From positions 4,481-68,480 of the forward strand of contig PLTT01000013.1 in NCBI GenBank assembly GCA_003164595.1: a DNA stretch of 64,000 nt, in the 5' to 3' direction. The stretch comes from Candidatus Saccharimonadota bacterium. GTDB lineage: Bacteria > Patescibacteriota > Saccharimonadia > Saccharimonadales > UBA4665. The position numbers and the translations under genes are program-made. Numbering within the stretch: position 1 is the stretch's first letter; each line of letters opens with the position of its first letter. The notes under the pieces are model-generated. The model was given only the letters and a program-made list of their open reading frames with translations, ran no database searches and was not told the DNA's origin. This document shows, one piece after another, positions 22,509 through 31,867 of the stretch.

Positions 22509-23339
22509 ATGTTCAAAAAAACGACTCTTTATTCAACTCTCTTACTGGCCATTGTTATTTTAAGTTCAACGTTCTTTGGAAAAGTTTACGCTCAACTAGT
22601 CGTACAAAGCTACGAGACTGCCCAGACATTACAAAATGGTCTAATAGTCAGCCTGAAAGTTGCCTCATCATCTGAAGTAGTACCAGCTACAAAAAGTGCC
22701 GAAAAAGAGATGTTTGGCGTGGTAACGACGCTATCATCATCTTCCATTGCCCTTTCCGGCGGTGCTTCACAGCAGGTATTTGTAGCTAATAGTGGCGATT
22801 ACCAGGTACTGGTAAGCAGTGAGAATGGCTCCATTAACACTGGCGACTACATCACAGTTTCTTCGGTGGACGGAATTGGAATGAAAGCATCAAATACCGA
22901 TGGGTACATCATTGGTAAAGCTCTCAGTAGTTTTAACCCCAGTACTAACAGTATCGGTTCAACATCGTTAGTTAACTCATCTGGTTCTAAATCAACGGTT
23001 CAAATTGGACGTATTCTGCTTGCCGTGGGAGTTAGTCATAATCCCTTGCAGGTGCCTACTCATTCGGATTTACCAGCTTTTTTGGTAAATGCCGGTAACA
23101 GTGTTGCCAGTAGACCAGTCAGTACCTCGAGGTTAACACTAGCTTTTGTGATTCTATTAATTAGCTGTGCTATCACGGCTACTCTTCTTTATTCGGGGGT
23201 CAGGACTGCTTTCGTAGCAATTGGTCGTAATCCATTGTCTAGGCCATCAATTTATCACGGCTTACTGCAGGTTATCTTAACAAGTATCATGGTTTTTATT
23301 ATTGGTCTTTTTGGGGTATATTTATTACTGAGGTTTTAA
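22509..23339 (+). CDS. Membrane protein: signal peptide/anchor, about 190-aa Ser-rich extracytoplasmic domain, C-terminal ATP-synthase-c-like hairpin
   Basis: ATG at 22509 (MFKKTTLYSTLLLAIVILSSTFFGKVYA); an alternative GTG lies at 22482. The C-terminal two TM helices are joined by the loop AIGRNPLSRP. It sits immediately upstream of the atp b-like gene. Confidence 0.55.
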   Translation: MFKKTTLYSTLLLAIVILSSTFFGKVYAQLVVQSYETAQTLQNGLIVSLKVASSSEVVPATKSAEKEMFGVVTTLSSSSIALSGGASQQVFVANSGDYQVLVSSENGSINTGDYITVSSVDGIGMKASNTDGYIIGKALSSFNPSTNSIGSTSLVNSSGSKSTVQIGRILLAVGVSHNPLQVPTHSDLPAFLVNAGNSVASRPVSTSRLTLAFVILLISCAITATLLYSGVRTAFVAIGRNPLSRPSIYHGLLQVILTSIMVFIIGLFGVYLLLRF

Positions 23340-23377
23340 ATATCAGAATCTTTAAAAAATGATGGGCAAAAAATAAA

Positions 23378-24001
23378 ATGAATAACGGGTGGAATATAGC
23401 GATAATTGTCCTACTGGTCCTAGTGGCTGGGGTGCTTATTTGGTTGGCGCTGACTATAAGTAAACTAAGACTACCGGCCAAACATTTAACAAAAGGCACA
23501 TTCGAGGATCAGGCCAAACGCGACGTTGAGCACATATTTAATGACGAATTTCGCGAAGAGCTAAGAAATCGTGGCCGTCTGCACTTTGAAAAAATAATTG
23601 GCGAGAATGCTATGTTTCTTCAGCAAGACCTGCGCCTAACTACTTCCCAGGTCAACGAATATATCAAGAAAGAGATTACCGAAAAACTCCAGGGGGAGTT
23701 TACTAAGTATGAGCAGACAATTAGTGATGCCAAGCAAATCGCCATTGATTCAATTACTAAGACAAACACCCAACTAGAACAGGAAAGTCATACTCTCAGC
23801 GTTCAACTACACCAAGAATTTGACGGTGAAAAAGCCCGCATGATAAAAAGATTTGATGAACACATGGCTGAGATAGTAAATTATTATGTTCTTTCCGCAG
23901 TCGGTAACCAAGTAGACCTTAACGATCAACTTGAATTTATACTTAAAGATCTGCAAGAAAATAAAGAAGACATATTCAAGGACATTAATAATGGCGCCTA
24001 A
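23378..24001 (+). CDS. atpF: ATP synthase subunit b-like stator protein
   Basis: A single N-terminal TM followed by a long, highly charged predicted helix. It sits directly before the delta-alpha-gamma-beta-epsilon genes. Confidence 0.55.
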   Translation: MNNGWNIAIIVLLVLVAGVLIWLALTISKLRLPAKHLTKGTFEDQAKRDVEHIFNDEFREELRNRGRLHFEKIIGENAMFLQQDLRLTTSQVNEYIKKEITEKLQGEFTKYEQTISDAKQIAIDSITKTNTQLEQESHTLSVQLHQEFDGEKARMIKRFDEHMAEIVNYYVLSAVGNQVDLNDQLEFILKDLQENKEDIFKDINNGA

Positions 24002-24494
24002 AGAATCTCATCAGGTAATACTACCGTCACAGGTAACTACTACTGGCGATCTGAACCGCTTGATTAGGGAACTAGATACTCTTGATGACTATCTAAACCA
24101 GGCGGCACTACGTAGTGCGCAAGAGGCCTCTAAACTGCCCCAAACCAGCAGAGTTTTGGAAGAATTAGCAGCATCTCACTCTTTGCAACTTTTAAGGCCT
24201 GGTGACCGAAAAGCTTTTAAGGCGATACTTGGTGAAATCAAACAACAAGCCCCAACAATTCACTTTAGCTTTGCGTCGCCGCCGTCGCTAACTTTCTTAA
24301 ATAAACTGGTAACCTGGCTGAGAACCAATATTGACACAAACTTGTTGCTGAAAATTGGACTGGAACCATCCATTGCCGGTGGTTGTATTGTCAGAACTAC
24401 AAACAAGCAATTCGATTTTAGTCTGCGCAAGCACTTTGTCCTTCAACACGACCTACTGGTCAACGTATTAACTGGGCGAAAAGAGTCGCAGTAG
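23991..24494 (+). CDS. atpH: ATP synthase subunit delta (OSCP-like)
   Basis: Start chosen at the ATG at 23991 (MAPKES...). The C-terminal OSCP-like signature is SIAGGCIVRTTNKQFDFSLRKHF, and the gene lies before atpA. Confidence 0.65.
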   Translation: MAPKESHQVILPSQVTTTGDLNRLIRELDTLDDYLNQAALRSAQEASKLPQTSRVLEELAASHSLQLLRPGDRKAFKAILGEIKQQAPTIHFSFASPPSLTFLNKLVTWLRTNIDTNLLLKIGLEPSIAGGCIVRTTNKQFDFSLRKHFVLQHDLLVNVLTGRKESQ

Positions 24495-24497
24495 ACC

Positions 24498-26000
24498 ATG
24501 AGTGATAATAAACGATTCGATAAACTGGTTGAGTCCGGTAACCCGGTGGGTGAAGTAACGGCGATTAATAGGTTTCTGATTCGTGCTAGCGGATTACAGC
24601 CTATTAACATACATGCTTTAGTTATGTTTGAAGATGGCAGTAATGGTTTTATCCAAGCCATTTTTGAAGACTATGTGATGATTCTTCATTTAGGATCTAA
24701 GAATCTTAAAATTGGCATGATGGTTGCGATGCAGCATCATGAGCTAGTCACTAAGGTAGGGAAAAGCCTCATTGGTCGCGTAGTCTCTGTATCGGGCAAT
24801 CCTCTTGATGGTAAGGGCCCGATAACTGCCGAAACCACCTGGCCGGTTTTTGCCGATGCCCCAATGCTATATAAAAGGGAACTATTAGATACCCAGCTAG
24901 AGACTGGCATAACAATGCTTGATGCTCTTTTTCCTCTGGTGAGAGGGCAGCGTATTGCAGTTCTCGGAGATAGTAAGGTCGGGAAAAGCACCTTGGTTAC
25001 CCAGATTGCTATAAACCAACGAACATCTGACGAGATTGTTATATATTGCCTGATCGCCAAACGGCGTAGTGATATTGACAGTTTAATTAATCAGCTGGAG
25101 GCCAATAAAGCGATGGAAAAATCTATCGTCGTTGTATCGGTCATGTCAGAATCACTAGTTTTGAGCTACCTTGCTCCTTATGTGGCGTGTTCTATTGGTG
25201 AATACCTTTGGCAGAAAGCCGATCAAGATACCATAGTAATTTACGACGACCTAACATCTCACGCCCAAAGCTACCGAGAGATTGCACTTTTATCCGGTAC
25301 CAGCCCAGGCCGGGATTCTTACCCTGGAGATATTTTCTACGCTCATTCTAGCCTTCTGGAGAGGGCCGGCAAACTGGCTGGCAATCATAAAACCCAGACG
25401 ACCATTCCTTTGGTTTTGACGCCGAGCGGAGATATTACGGCCTATCTGCCGACTAATATTATGTCAATTACTGACGGGCAGTGGATCCTAGATGAAAAAA
25501 TTTTCCATGAGACGGTCCGGCCAGCGCTGAGCATAGGCCTTAGCGTTACGCGTGTTGGCGGTCGTGGGCAAAACTCCAGACAAAAAGACCAAGGGGTGCG
25601 CACTACAGCTGTCTTAAGTAACTATGCCGAGGCACTAGAGTTTTCACACTTCGGTTCCGAAATGGCCCTTCAATCCGCTGGCAACCTAACTTTAGGGAAA
25701 AATCTCTATGAAATTTTCAATCAGAAGCCCGGTGAATTATATAATCTGGTTTGCCAGCAGTTAATGATTGACATAGCCCTAGGGGTTAATCAGGATATTG
25801 AGATCCTAAATACGCAGCTGCTTAAAAGCAAAGTTGAAGAAGCTGCTAGTAAAATAAAGTCTGAGGATGATTTCGACAAAGTTCGTGACCATCTAAGATC
25901 TCTTTGCGTGGGCAGGAGCTTAGCTGGTGCGCCAACCCCAGCTACAGAGGAGGCGCCTCCGGCTAGTACCGAAGCCCCAGCCGTGGAGGCCAAAAAATGA
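24498..26000 (+). CDS. atpA: ATP synthase F1 alpha subunit (divergent)
   Basis: 500 aa with Walker A GDSKVGKST, IVIYDDLTSHAQSYREIALL, PGRDSYPGDIFYAHSSLLERA and ITDGQWIL. It has an Ala/Pro/Glu-rich C-terminal tail. Confidence 0.9.
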   Translation: MSDNKRFDKLVESGNPVGEVTAINRFLIRASGLQPINIHALVMFEDGSNGFIQAIFEDYVMILHLGSKNLKIGMMVAMQHHELVTKVGKSLIGRVVSVSGNPLDGKGPITAETTWPVFADAPMLYKRELLDTQLETGITMLDALFPLVRGQRIAVLGDSKVGKSTLVTQIAINQRTSDEIVIYCLIAKRRSDIDSLINQLEANKAMEKSIVVVSVMSESLVLSYLAPYVACSIGEYLWQKADQDTIVIYDDLTSHAQSYREIALLSGTSPGRDSYPGDIFYAHSSLLERAGKLAGNHKTQTTIPLVLTPSGDITAYLPTNIMSITDGQWILDEKIFHETVRPALSIGLSVTRVGGRGQNSRQKDQGVRTTAVLSNYAEALEFSHFGSEMALQSAGNLTLGKNLYEIFNQKPGELYNLVCQQLMIDIALGVNQDIEILNTQLLKSKVEEAASKIKSEDDFDKVRDHLRSLCVGRSLAGAPTPATEEAPPASTEAPAVEAKK

Positions 26001-26836
26001 GGCAACTCTTAGACATAGACAAAGAACGATCTAGTATGATGACCATCGTGCAGTTAACTAGCGCTTTTGAAACCCTAGCCAGCATGCGAATTTCCCAGAT
26101 TAAGAACCAGGTACTTCAGGCACAGGGCTTTTTCGATGAATTATGGAATATCTATATACAGCTGCGAGTCGATAGCATATTTCGCTTTGGTAGACACAAC
26201 AGCGAGAAGGTAATCGATAAAGAGCTATATATCCTAATTACTGCTTCTGGTGGTTTTAGTGGTGATATTGACCAAAGAGTGATTAACATGATGTTGGAAA
26301 AATATGACAAAGACAAACAAGATATAATCGTGATTGGTCATCACGGATCGATATTGCTGGCACAAGCCGGCATCCCATACAAGAGGTTTTTTGAACTTCC
26401 CGCCAGTGATCACAACATTAATGTCGAACCACTAATACACGAGATTAGTCAGTACAAGAATAGCTTTGTTTATTATCAAACCTATCTATCTCTGATGAGT
26501 CAGGAGATAAAACGCCTAGAGTTAAGCACAGCTATAAAACAGTACAGCTCGATGGCAGCCGAGAATAAGGAAATTATTAGTGAGCAAACTTATATTTTTG
26601 AACCAAGTGCCTTTGACGTAGCCGCTCACTTGGAACGATCTATGCTGCAAATCACCCTCGGCCAAGTAATCTTTGATTCAAAATTGGCCCAATATGCCAG
26701 TAGATTCCGGGCAATGAGTGCTGCCAATGATAAATCAAAGGAATCATACTCCGACCTCAATACCTTGTATAATCGTACCAAACGATCAATACGTGATTCT
26801 CAACTCAAGCAAATTATAATCGGACTAACTAGGTAG
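25997..26836 (+). CDS. atpG: ATP synthase F1 gamma subunit (divergent)
   Basis: 279 aa with ATGA overlap to atpA. It has N- and C-terminal helices with a gamma-like end (ASRFRAMSAANDKSKE...LYNRTKRSIRDSQL..II). Confidence 0.75.
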   Translation: MRQLLDIDKERSSMMTIVQLTSAFETLASMRISQIKNQVLQAQGFFDELWNIYIQLRVDSIFRFGRHNSEKVIDKELYILITASGGFSGDIDQRVINMMLEKYDKDKQDIIVIGHHGSILLAQAGIPYKRFFELPASDHNINVEPLIHEISQYKNSFVYYQTYLSLMSQEIKRLELSTAIKQYSSMAAENKEIISEQTYIFEPSAFDVAAHLERSMLQITLGQVIFDSKLAQYASRFRAMSAANDKSKESYSDLNTLYNRTKRSIRDSQLKQIIIGLTR

Positions 26837-26846
26837 GTATAAAATT

Positions 26847-28154
26847 ATGGGACAAGGAATTATTCAGACAGTTAAAGACTTAGTGGTCATGGTGGTATTT
26901 GATGATGATTGCCCAGATATCAATGAACTAATACTTGTTGATAATCCAAAGAAGACTCTTCTACTGGTTGATAGTGTATCTGTGGGCAATAAGGCTCTAT
27001 GTCTAAATATCTATGGCGATAGAACCATCCAAAAGGGTATGGCTGTGAAAAATACTGGTAAAAGCATTGAGATTCCGGTTGGAGATAAGACTATCGGTCG
27101 AATGCTTGACGCGCTGGGTAATCCAATAGATGGTTTGGACTCACTTGATAGCCCGGACATTGCTAGGCGGAACATTTTCGATACTCCTGTTCAGAATGAT
27201 ACATTTAAAATTGCTAAACCAGAGATACTCGAAACAGGTGTCAAAGTTATTGATTTCTTTACGCCGTTTGTAAAGGGACGCAAAATTGGGATTATTGGCG
27301 GAGCTGGCGTAGGCAAGACTATCCTCATGATGGAACTCATGCACAACGTTGCTATGAGTGGCTCTGGACTTAGCTTCTTTACTGGTATTGGCGAACGCAT
27401 TAGGGAAGGCCATGAGTTATACATGACTCTTAAGGATAATAATTTGTTAGGTAGTACCTGTATGTTCTTCGGTCAAATGAATGAAAACCCTGTCCAGAGA
27501 GGTCTGGTGGCAATATCTGCCGTTACGTTGGCAGAATATTTTAGGGATGATCAACACAAAGACGTTCTCTTCTTCGCTGACAATATGTATCGTTACGTGC
27601 AGGCAAAAAACGAAGTATCGACGATTATTTCTCAAATACCGGCCGAAGGCGGCTATGAGCCAACAATTTTTAGTGATGTAAAAACGCTGCAAGATCGACT
27701 TAGTTCCAATGACAAAGGTTCTATCACTGCCGTTGAAACAATCTATGTACCGGCAGATGACTTGTCTGATCCTGCCGTCCAGATGATCCAGCACGAATTA
27801 GACTCCACTATCGTATTAAGTCGAAAAGTTGCCGAACAGGGCATTCGACCGGCAGTTGATTTAATTAATACCAGCTCAGCCCTGCTGGCGCCAGACATAG
27901 TCGGCGATCGCCACTATAACCTTAGCGTTCAGGTTCAAGGGCTGCTACAAAAGTACGAATCACTCAAAGGGATTATTGCCATTATTGGCGAGAACGAACT
28001 ATCACCTAGTGACCGGACAGATTACGGTAAGGCTAAACTACTGATAGAGTATTTTTCTCAGAACATGTCTGTTATGGAGACTCTAAATGGCGTGAAGGGT
28101 GAACAATTTACCAGGGAACAAACCCTTCAAGGCGTTGAGGCGATAGTTGCATGA
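26847..28154 (+). CDS. atpD: ATP synthase F1 beta subunit
   Basis: Walker A GGAGVGKT, GIGERIREG, GQMNENP, LFFADNMYRY, YVPADDLSDPA and IIAIIGENELS. Confidence 0.92.
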   Translation: MGQGIIQTVKDLVVMVVFDDDCPDINELILVDNPKKTLLLVDSVSVGNKALCLNIYGDRTIQKGMAVKNTGKSIEIPVGDKTIGRMLDALGNPIDGLDSLDSPDIARRNIFDTPVQNDTFKIAKPEILETGVKVIDFFTPFVKGRKIGIIGGAGVGKTILMMELMHNVAMSGSGLSFFTGIGERIREGHELYMTLKDNNLLGSTCMFFGQMNENPVQRGLVAISAVTLAEYFRDDQHKDVLFFADNMYRYVQAKNEVSTIISQIPAEGGYEPTIFSDVKTLQDRLSSNDKGSITAVETIYVPADDLSDPAVQMIQHELDSTIVLSRKVAEQGIRPAVDLINTSSALLAPDIVGDRHYNLSVQVQGLLQKYESLKGIIAIIGENELSPSDRTDYGKAKLLIEYFSQNMSVMETLNGVKGEQFTREQTLQGVEAIVA

Positions 28155-28201
28155 TAAATGAATCCATGAAAATCATTAATAATAGAGTATAGGACAAAGC
28201 C

Positions 28202-28534
28202 ATGGCAAATCCTGATACAACCAAAACCGCTCAAACAACATTGACTGCAGCGTCAGCGACAAAACAAGCTACCGTTGATTCTTCTGGTAAGGAGATGATT
28301 CATATAAAGGTTTTTTCACCCTACAAAACCTACTATAACTTCATAGGCTACAGTATATCTGGCGTTAACGATACTGGCCCTTTTGATATTCTCCCCCGCC
28401 ATCACAATTTTATTACACTACTGAACCCCTGTGTCTTGGACATTAGGGTTCAGAGTGGCTCTAAGCGAATTCGAATCTCAAAAGGTGTAATGCACGTTAA
28501 AGCTGACAAAGTAGTTGTTTTTCTCGATGTCTAG
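28202..28534 (+). CDS. atpC: ATP synthase F1 epsilon subunit, beta-sandwich domain only
   Basis: 110 aa with the core IHIKVFSP...GPFDILPRHHNFITLL...GVMHV typical of the epsilon N-domain. No C-terminal helical hairpin. The N-terminal about 30 aa are low complexity. Confidence 0.65.
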   Translation: MANPDTTKTAQTTLTAASATKQATVDSSGKEMIHIKVFSPYKTYYNFIGYSISGVNDTGPFDILPRHHNFITLLNPCVLDIRVQSGSKRIRISKGVMHVKADKVVVFLDV

Positions 28535-28554
28535 ATCAAGACTCAAGCTTTCAT

Positions 28555-29604
28555 CTAAAGAACAACGTAGTCAAAACCGAAAGTGGTGCTAGCTGGTGCT
28601 GCGGAATCACTGCATATGCTGAAATTTGTTGTAGCCCGAGTAATATAATAGGCGAGCCCTCCGGCAGCACTGCCGACCGGAGTTATAACTACGTATGGTG
28701 TTGCAGAAAAGCTATGAGCGAAAGTTACCGTTATAAAGCAGCCTGCTCCGGGAGAACTGCCAGTATTAATTGTGACGGCTCCAGCAGTGTCTGTTCCGCT
28801 AAGTGAAACAGTACCTCCGTTACCAAGGGCACTACCGCCAGGACTGGGGTTTGGCGAGGTGCCAGAGACTAGTATGTGGCTTGCAATTGTTAGATCGTCG
28901 CTAAGGTCAAGGCTCTGTACTATAAGTTGATTGGCCGTAACAGTGCCGCTGAAACTCGATGCGCCACTGACGTCCAGAGTATTGTTGATTGCAACTTGTC
29001 CTTGTATAGAAGCATTGCCTGACACTGAGAGTTTGCCGGCTTGTATCTGTGCAATGTTGGCTGTTCCAGAAACAGTTACGGAAGAAAGATTCAAGGCCGA
29101 GCTAACATTAATTGTTCCAGCTACGTCCAAATCCTTACGGATTAGCACTTGTCCGCTAAAAATTGAATTAGGCTCAATATTTAGTACCTGATCTGAGCTA
29201 CCAATGGTCGTTGACCCAGAAGCCAATAACTCTAATTGACTAGCGCTGAGGTTTTGTGGCTTTATAGTGTTTTGGCTGGAACCTGAAGGGGTTTTAATAA
29301 AGGCAATGACCGTAACCGCAATACCTATTGTTATAACTAACCCAAAAATCAAGAGATAAACATTTATTCGCTGGAGTATGTCAGATATATGATTTTTCTT
29401 TGTCTCGGCTGCTGCCGGAGTAGGCGTACCCTCTGTAGTAGACCTAGCTTCGATCTCGTCTGATCTGACGGACTTTATTTCACCCTGTCCTGGGGTTGGG
29501 TCAGTGGCCTTGGGTTCTGCCGGCGCGGGAGCATTATTTAAACCAATCCCCTCTAAGGACTCTGTCTGCTCGTTTGGTTGTTGTGGTGGGGCTGGTGGTT
29601 CCAT
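28555..29604 (-). CDS. Type II membrane-anchored surface protein with beta-helix-like repeats and a possible lectin-like C-terminal domain
   Basis: Pro/Glu-rich N-terminus, one TM (INVYLLIFGLVITIGIAVTVIAFI), then repeats of the type L.VSG.A.I.G.V (LNLSSVTVSGTANIAQIQAGKLSVSGNASIQGQVAINNTLDVSGASSFSGTVTAN). It is divergent from the paralog array. Confidence 0.6.
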   Translation of the reverse strand: MEPPAPPQQPNEQTESLEGIGLNNAPAPAEPKATDPTPGQGEIKSVRSDEIEARSTTEGTPTPAAAETKKNHISDILQRINVYLLIFGLVITIGIAVTVIAFIKTPSGSSQNTIKPQNLSASQLELLASGSTTIGSSDQVLNIEPNSIFSGQVLIRKDLDVAGTINVSSALNLSSVTVSGTANIAQIQAGKLSVSGNASIQGQVAINNTLDVSGASSFSGTVTANQLIVQSLDLSDDLTIASHILVSGTSPNPSPGGSALGNGGTVSLSGTDTAGAVTINTGSSPGAGCFITVTFAHSFSATPYVVITPVGSAAGGLAYYITRATTNFSICSDSAAPASTTFGFDYVVL

Positions 29605-29701
29605 AATCTTCTAATAAAGTTTCTTCTTAATGATACAAGATTAGACTATAAAGCGTAAACGGATTGATTTTTATTGAAAAATCTTCCACAATTATATCTA
29701 T

Positions 29702-30469
29702 ATGCATAAGTGGCGGAGAATAATTACTATAGTTATTGTTGGAATACTAATTCCGTTCGGCAGTTTTGGTATAGCTGGGGCTACTGTTTACACGTCGCCA
29801 CATTACGAAGTGAACCAAGTCTTCTTTGGTAGTGGCGGGGGCCTAAGCTCCAGCACGAATTATGAATCAAAAATCGCTATTGGCGAGGTTGGGGTAGGTA
29901 ATACCAAGGACTCAACTTATCAAGCAGATTCTGGTTTTAATACTAACGATGCTCCTTATCTTCAGTTTACAGTGACTAGCTCGGCAACTAGTCTTGGTAC
30001 GCTCTCTACGACGTCCGTAGCAACTGCGACAGGAACTTTCTCAGTCAAGGACTATCTATCACAGGGTTATGTCGTTGAGCTAGCTAGTCCACCGCCAGCG
30101 ACTGCATCGCACACTCTTACAGCCCTATCTTCGCCTACACTGTCAACGCCCGGGACGGAACAATTTGGTATCAATCTGGTTGCCAACACTAGCCCTAGCG
30201 AGGGAGCAATACCGGTTCAGAACCCAAGTAACACTTATAGCTTCGGCTCAGTTACCGCTGGCGCGTCTGGTCCTAATGGGACAACCGTTGCGGCTGGCTA
30301 TAGCAGCCCAAACCATTTTAAATATAATCAAGGAGATATAATCGCCGCCTCCAATCAGAGCTCCGGTGAAACGGATTACACGATATCTTACATTATGAAT
30401 ATAACCAACACCACGACAGCCGGTAACTATACATTCAACCAAGTGCTCATTGCATTACCGACTTATTAG
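29702..30469 (+). CDS. Secreted surface protein, short divergent member of the tandem family (member 0)
   Basis: Signal peptide ...GIAGA then TVY. T/S/A/G-rich. The C-terminal half aligns by eye with that of 36913..37983 (LQFTV/LEFCV, EQFGINLVAN/DQFGLNLRAD). It ends in an aromatic residue (..ALPTY). Confidence 0.7.
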   Translation: MHKWRRIITIVIVGILIPFGSFGIAGATVYTSPHYEVNQVFFGSGGGLSSSTNYESKIAIGEVGVGNTKDSTYQADSGFNTNDAPYLQFTVTSSATSLGTLSTTSVATATGTFSVKDYLSQGYVVELASPPPATASHTLTALSSPTLSTPGTEQFGINLVANTSPSEGAIPVQNPSNTYSFGSVTAGASGPNGTTVAAGYSSPNHFKYNQGDIIAASNQSSGETDYTISYIMNITNTTTAGNYTFNQVLIALPTY

Positions 30470-30526
30470 TCGACTTATTACTGTCTAATAAAAAACGCTT
30501 ATGATACGCTTATAAGGTAGAGGGTT

Positions 30527-31786
30527 TTGAGCAAAATTATGAGGTACTATCCTAGAACGCGTGGGAGAATATTCTACAGGGGCGCACTGCTTACTGTCGC
30601 GTTTGTGGTGGCTATCTTTGGGCTTTTGGAAGCTAGACCATTAAGTAAAGTTGATGCGGCTCAAATTACTACTCGTAGTATTACTATGAGTAGTTCAAAC
30701 GCTGCTGCCGCTGCCAATAGTAATACTTATCAAATTCGCTTTACCGCCGCTTCGAGCTATACGGTCAAAGCCATAGTTGTAGATTTTTGTTCCAATGATC
30801 CAATTGTTGGTGATGCAACTTGTACGGCTCCAACCGGTTTCGATGTTGGTGGCGCAACTCCAACAATAATTACAAGTTCCGGAACCGACCCGACTCTTTC
30901 TGCGACCCTAGGGACAGGCTGGACAGGAGCAGGCACAAACCTAATTACTGGATCTCAGTACAGAACACTTACCATAACAAACTCTACGGGTGTGGCGGTA
31001 ACCAGTGCTTCGGTAGTCTCTTTTGATATGTCAAACGTTACTAACCCAACTACGGTAGGTTCATTTTATGCACGAATCCTAACCTACACAACCACTACGA
31101 CGGGCTATGCTCCAGGCTCAGAAGGTAGCTACAGCGACTATGGTGGCGTGGCTTTGTCAACAGCCGCCCTCATTACTATTACTTCCAGAGTGCAGGAGCA
31201 ACTCAGCTTCTGTGTCTATATAAGTTCCTGTGGTACCGCCGCTACCCTCAATCTAGGTGACTCTCACGATGTTCTATCTACCACGGCACCTGCCATCGCC
31301 GCCGGTGCAACTTACGGCGTATATTACAGTCTCAGTACCAATGCCTCGCATGGAGCAATGGTCTATCTTAAGGGCAGTACATTAACGTCTGGGGCATATA
31401 CTATACCTGCAGCTGGATCATCAGCGTTTACCTACAGCGGAGTTAACAATGATTTCTTTGGGCTTTGTACGTATAACTCTGCCCTCACCGCTGGGTCAGC
31501 ACCAACAGTTATTGGTGAATATCAAGGAGTTGGTGCTGGCGGAACCTGTGCTGGCGCAACCAATAACTCTGGCGGAACTCTTTCAACAACAAATCTTGGA
31601 ACGCCTTATGCGACCTTTGGTTTCAACAGCACCAACACAGGTTCTACCTATGGTGACCAGCTAGCTTCGATTGCTGCTCCTGGATCATCAGTTAATGCTA
31701 TAGTACTCGCCGCAGGTGTTAACGCAACCCAAGGCGACGGTATTTATTCGACCACACTACAGCTAATAGCCACCGGGGCTTATTAG
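30527..31786 (+). CDS. Secreted two-domain surface protein, tandem family member 1
   Basis: Signal peptide ..KVDA then AQITTRS. Family motifs VVDFCSNDPIVGDATCTAPTGF, VTNPTTVGSFYARILTY, DYGGVALS, VQEQLSFCVYISSCGT and NLGDSHDVLSTTAP; ends GIYSTTLQLIATGAY. Start is TTG at 30527 or ATG at 30539. Confidence 0.8.
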   Translation: MSKIMRYYPRTRGRIFYRGALLTVAFVVAIFGLLEARPLSKVDAAQITTRSITMSSSNAAAAANSNTYQIRFTAASSYTVKAIVVDFCSNDPIVGDATCTAPTGFDVGGATPTIITSSGTDPTLSATLGTGWTGAGTNLITGSQYRTLTITNSTGVAVTSASVVSFDMSNVTNPTTVGSFYARILTYTTTTTGYAPGSEGSYSDYGGVALSTAALITITSRVQEQLSFCVYISSCGTAATLNLGDSHDVLSTTAPAIAAGATYGVYYSLSTNASHGAMVYLKGSTLTSGAYTIPAAGSSAFTYSGVNNDFFGLCTYNSALTAGSAPTVIGEYQGVGAGGTCAGATNNSGGTLSTTNLGTPYATFGFNSTNTGSTYGDQLASIAAPGSSVNAIVLAAGVNATQGDGIYSTTLQLIATGAY

Positions 31787-31811
31787 TTGTCGTTATTACA
31801 ACAATATCTAT

Positions 31812-31840
31812 TTGTATATGCGTAAGCATTACTGTATAAA
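31812..31840 (+). promoter_or_regulatory. Sigma70-like promoter, copy 1 of a duplicated promoter-leader
   Basis: TTGTAT (31812-31817), a 17-nt spacer ATGCGTAAGCATTACTG, then TATAAA (31835-31840). AAGGAGA RBS and a GTG start at 31868 follow. A near-identical unit lies at 34353. Confidence 0.55.
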
Positions 31841-31867
31841 TTGTACATAGGTAAGGAGAACAAACAG

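Noticed and set aside
28295-28534. Shorter atpC starting at the internal ATG (MIHIKVF...) directly after AAGGAG
   Set aside because: The Shine-Dalgarno-like AAGGAG abuts the ATG with no spacer, which is unfavourable. The longer ORF from 28202 is kept, but the true start remains uncertain.
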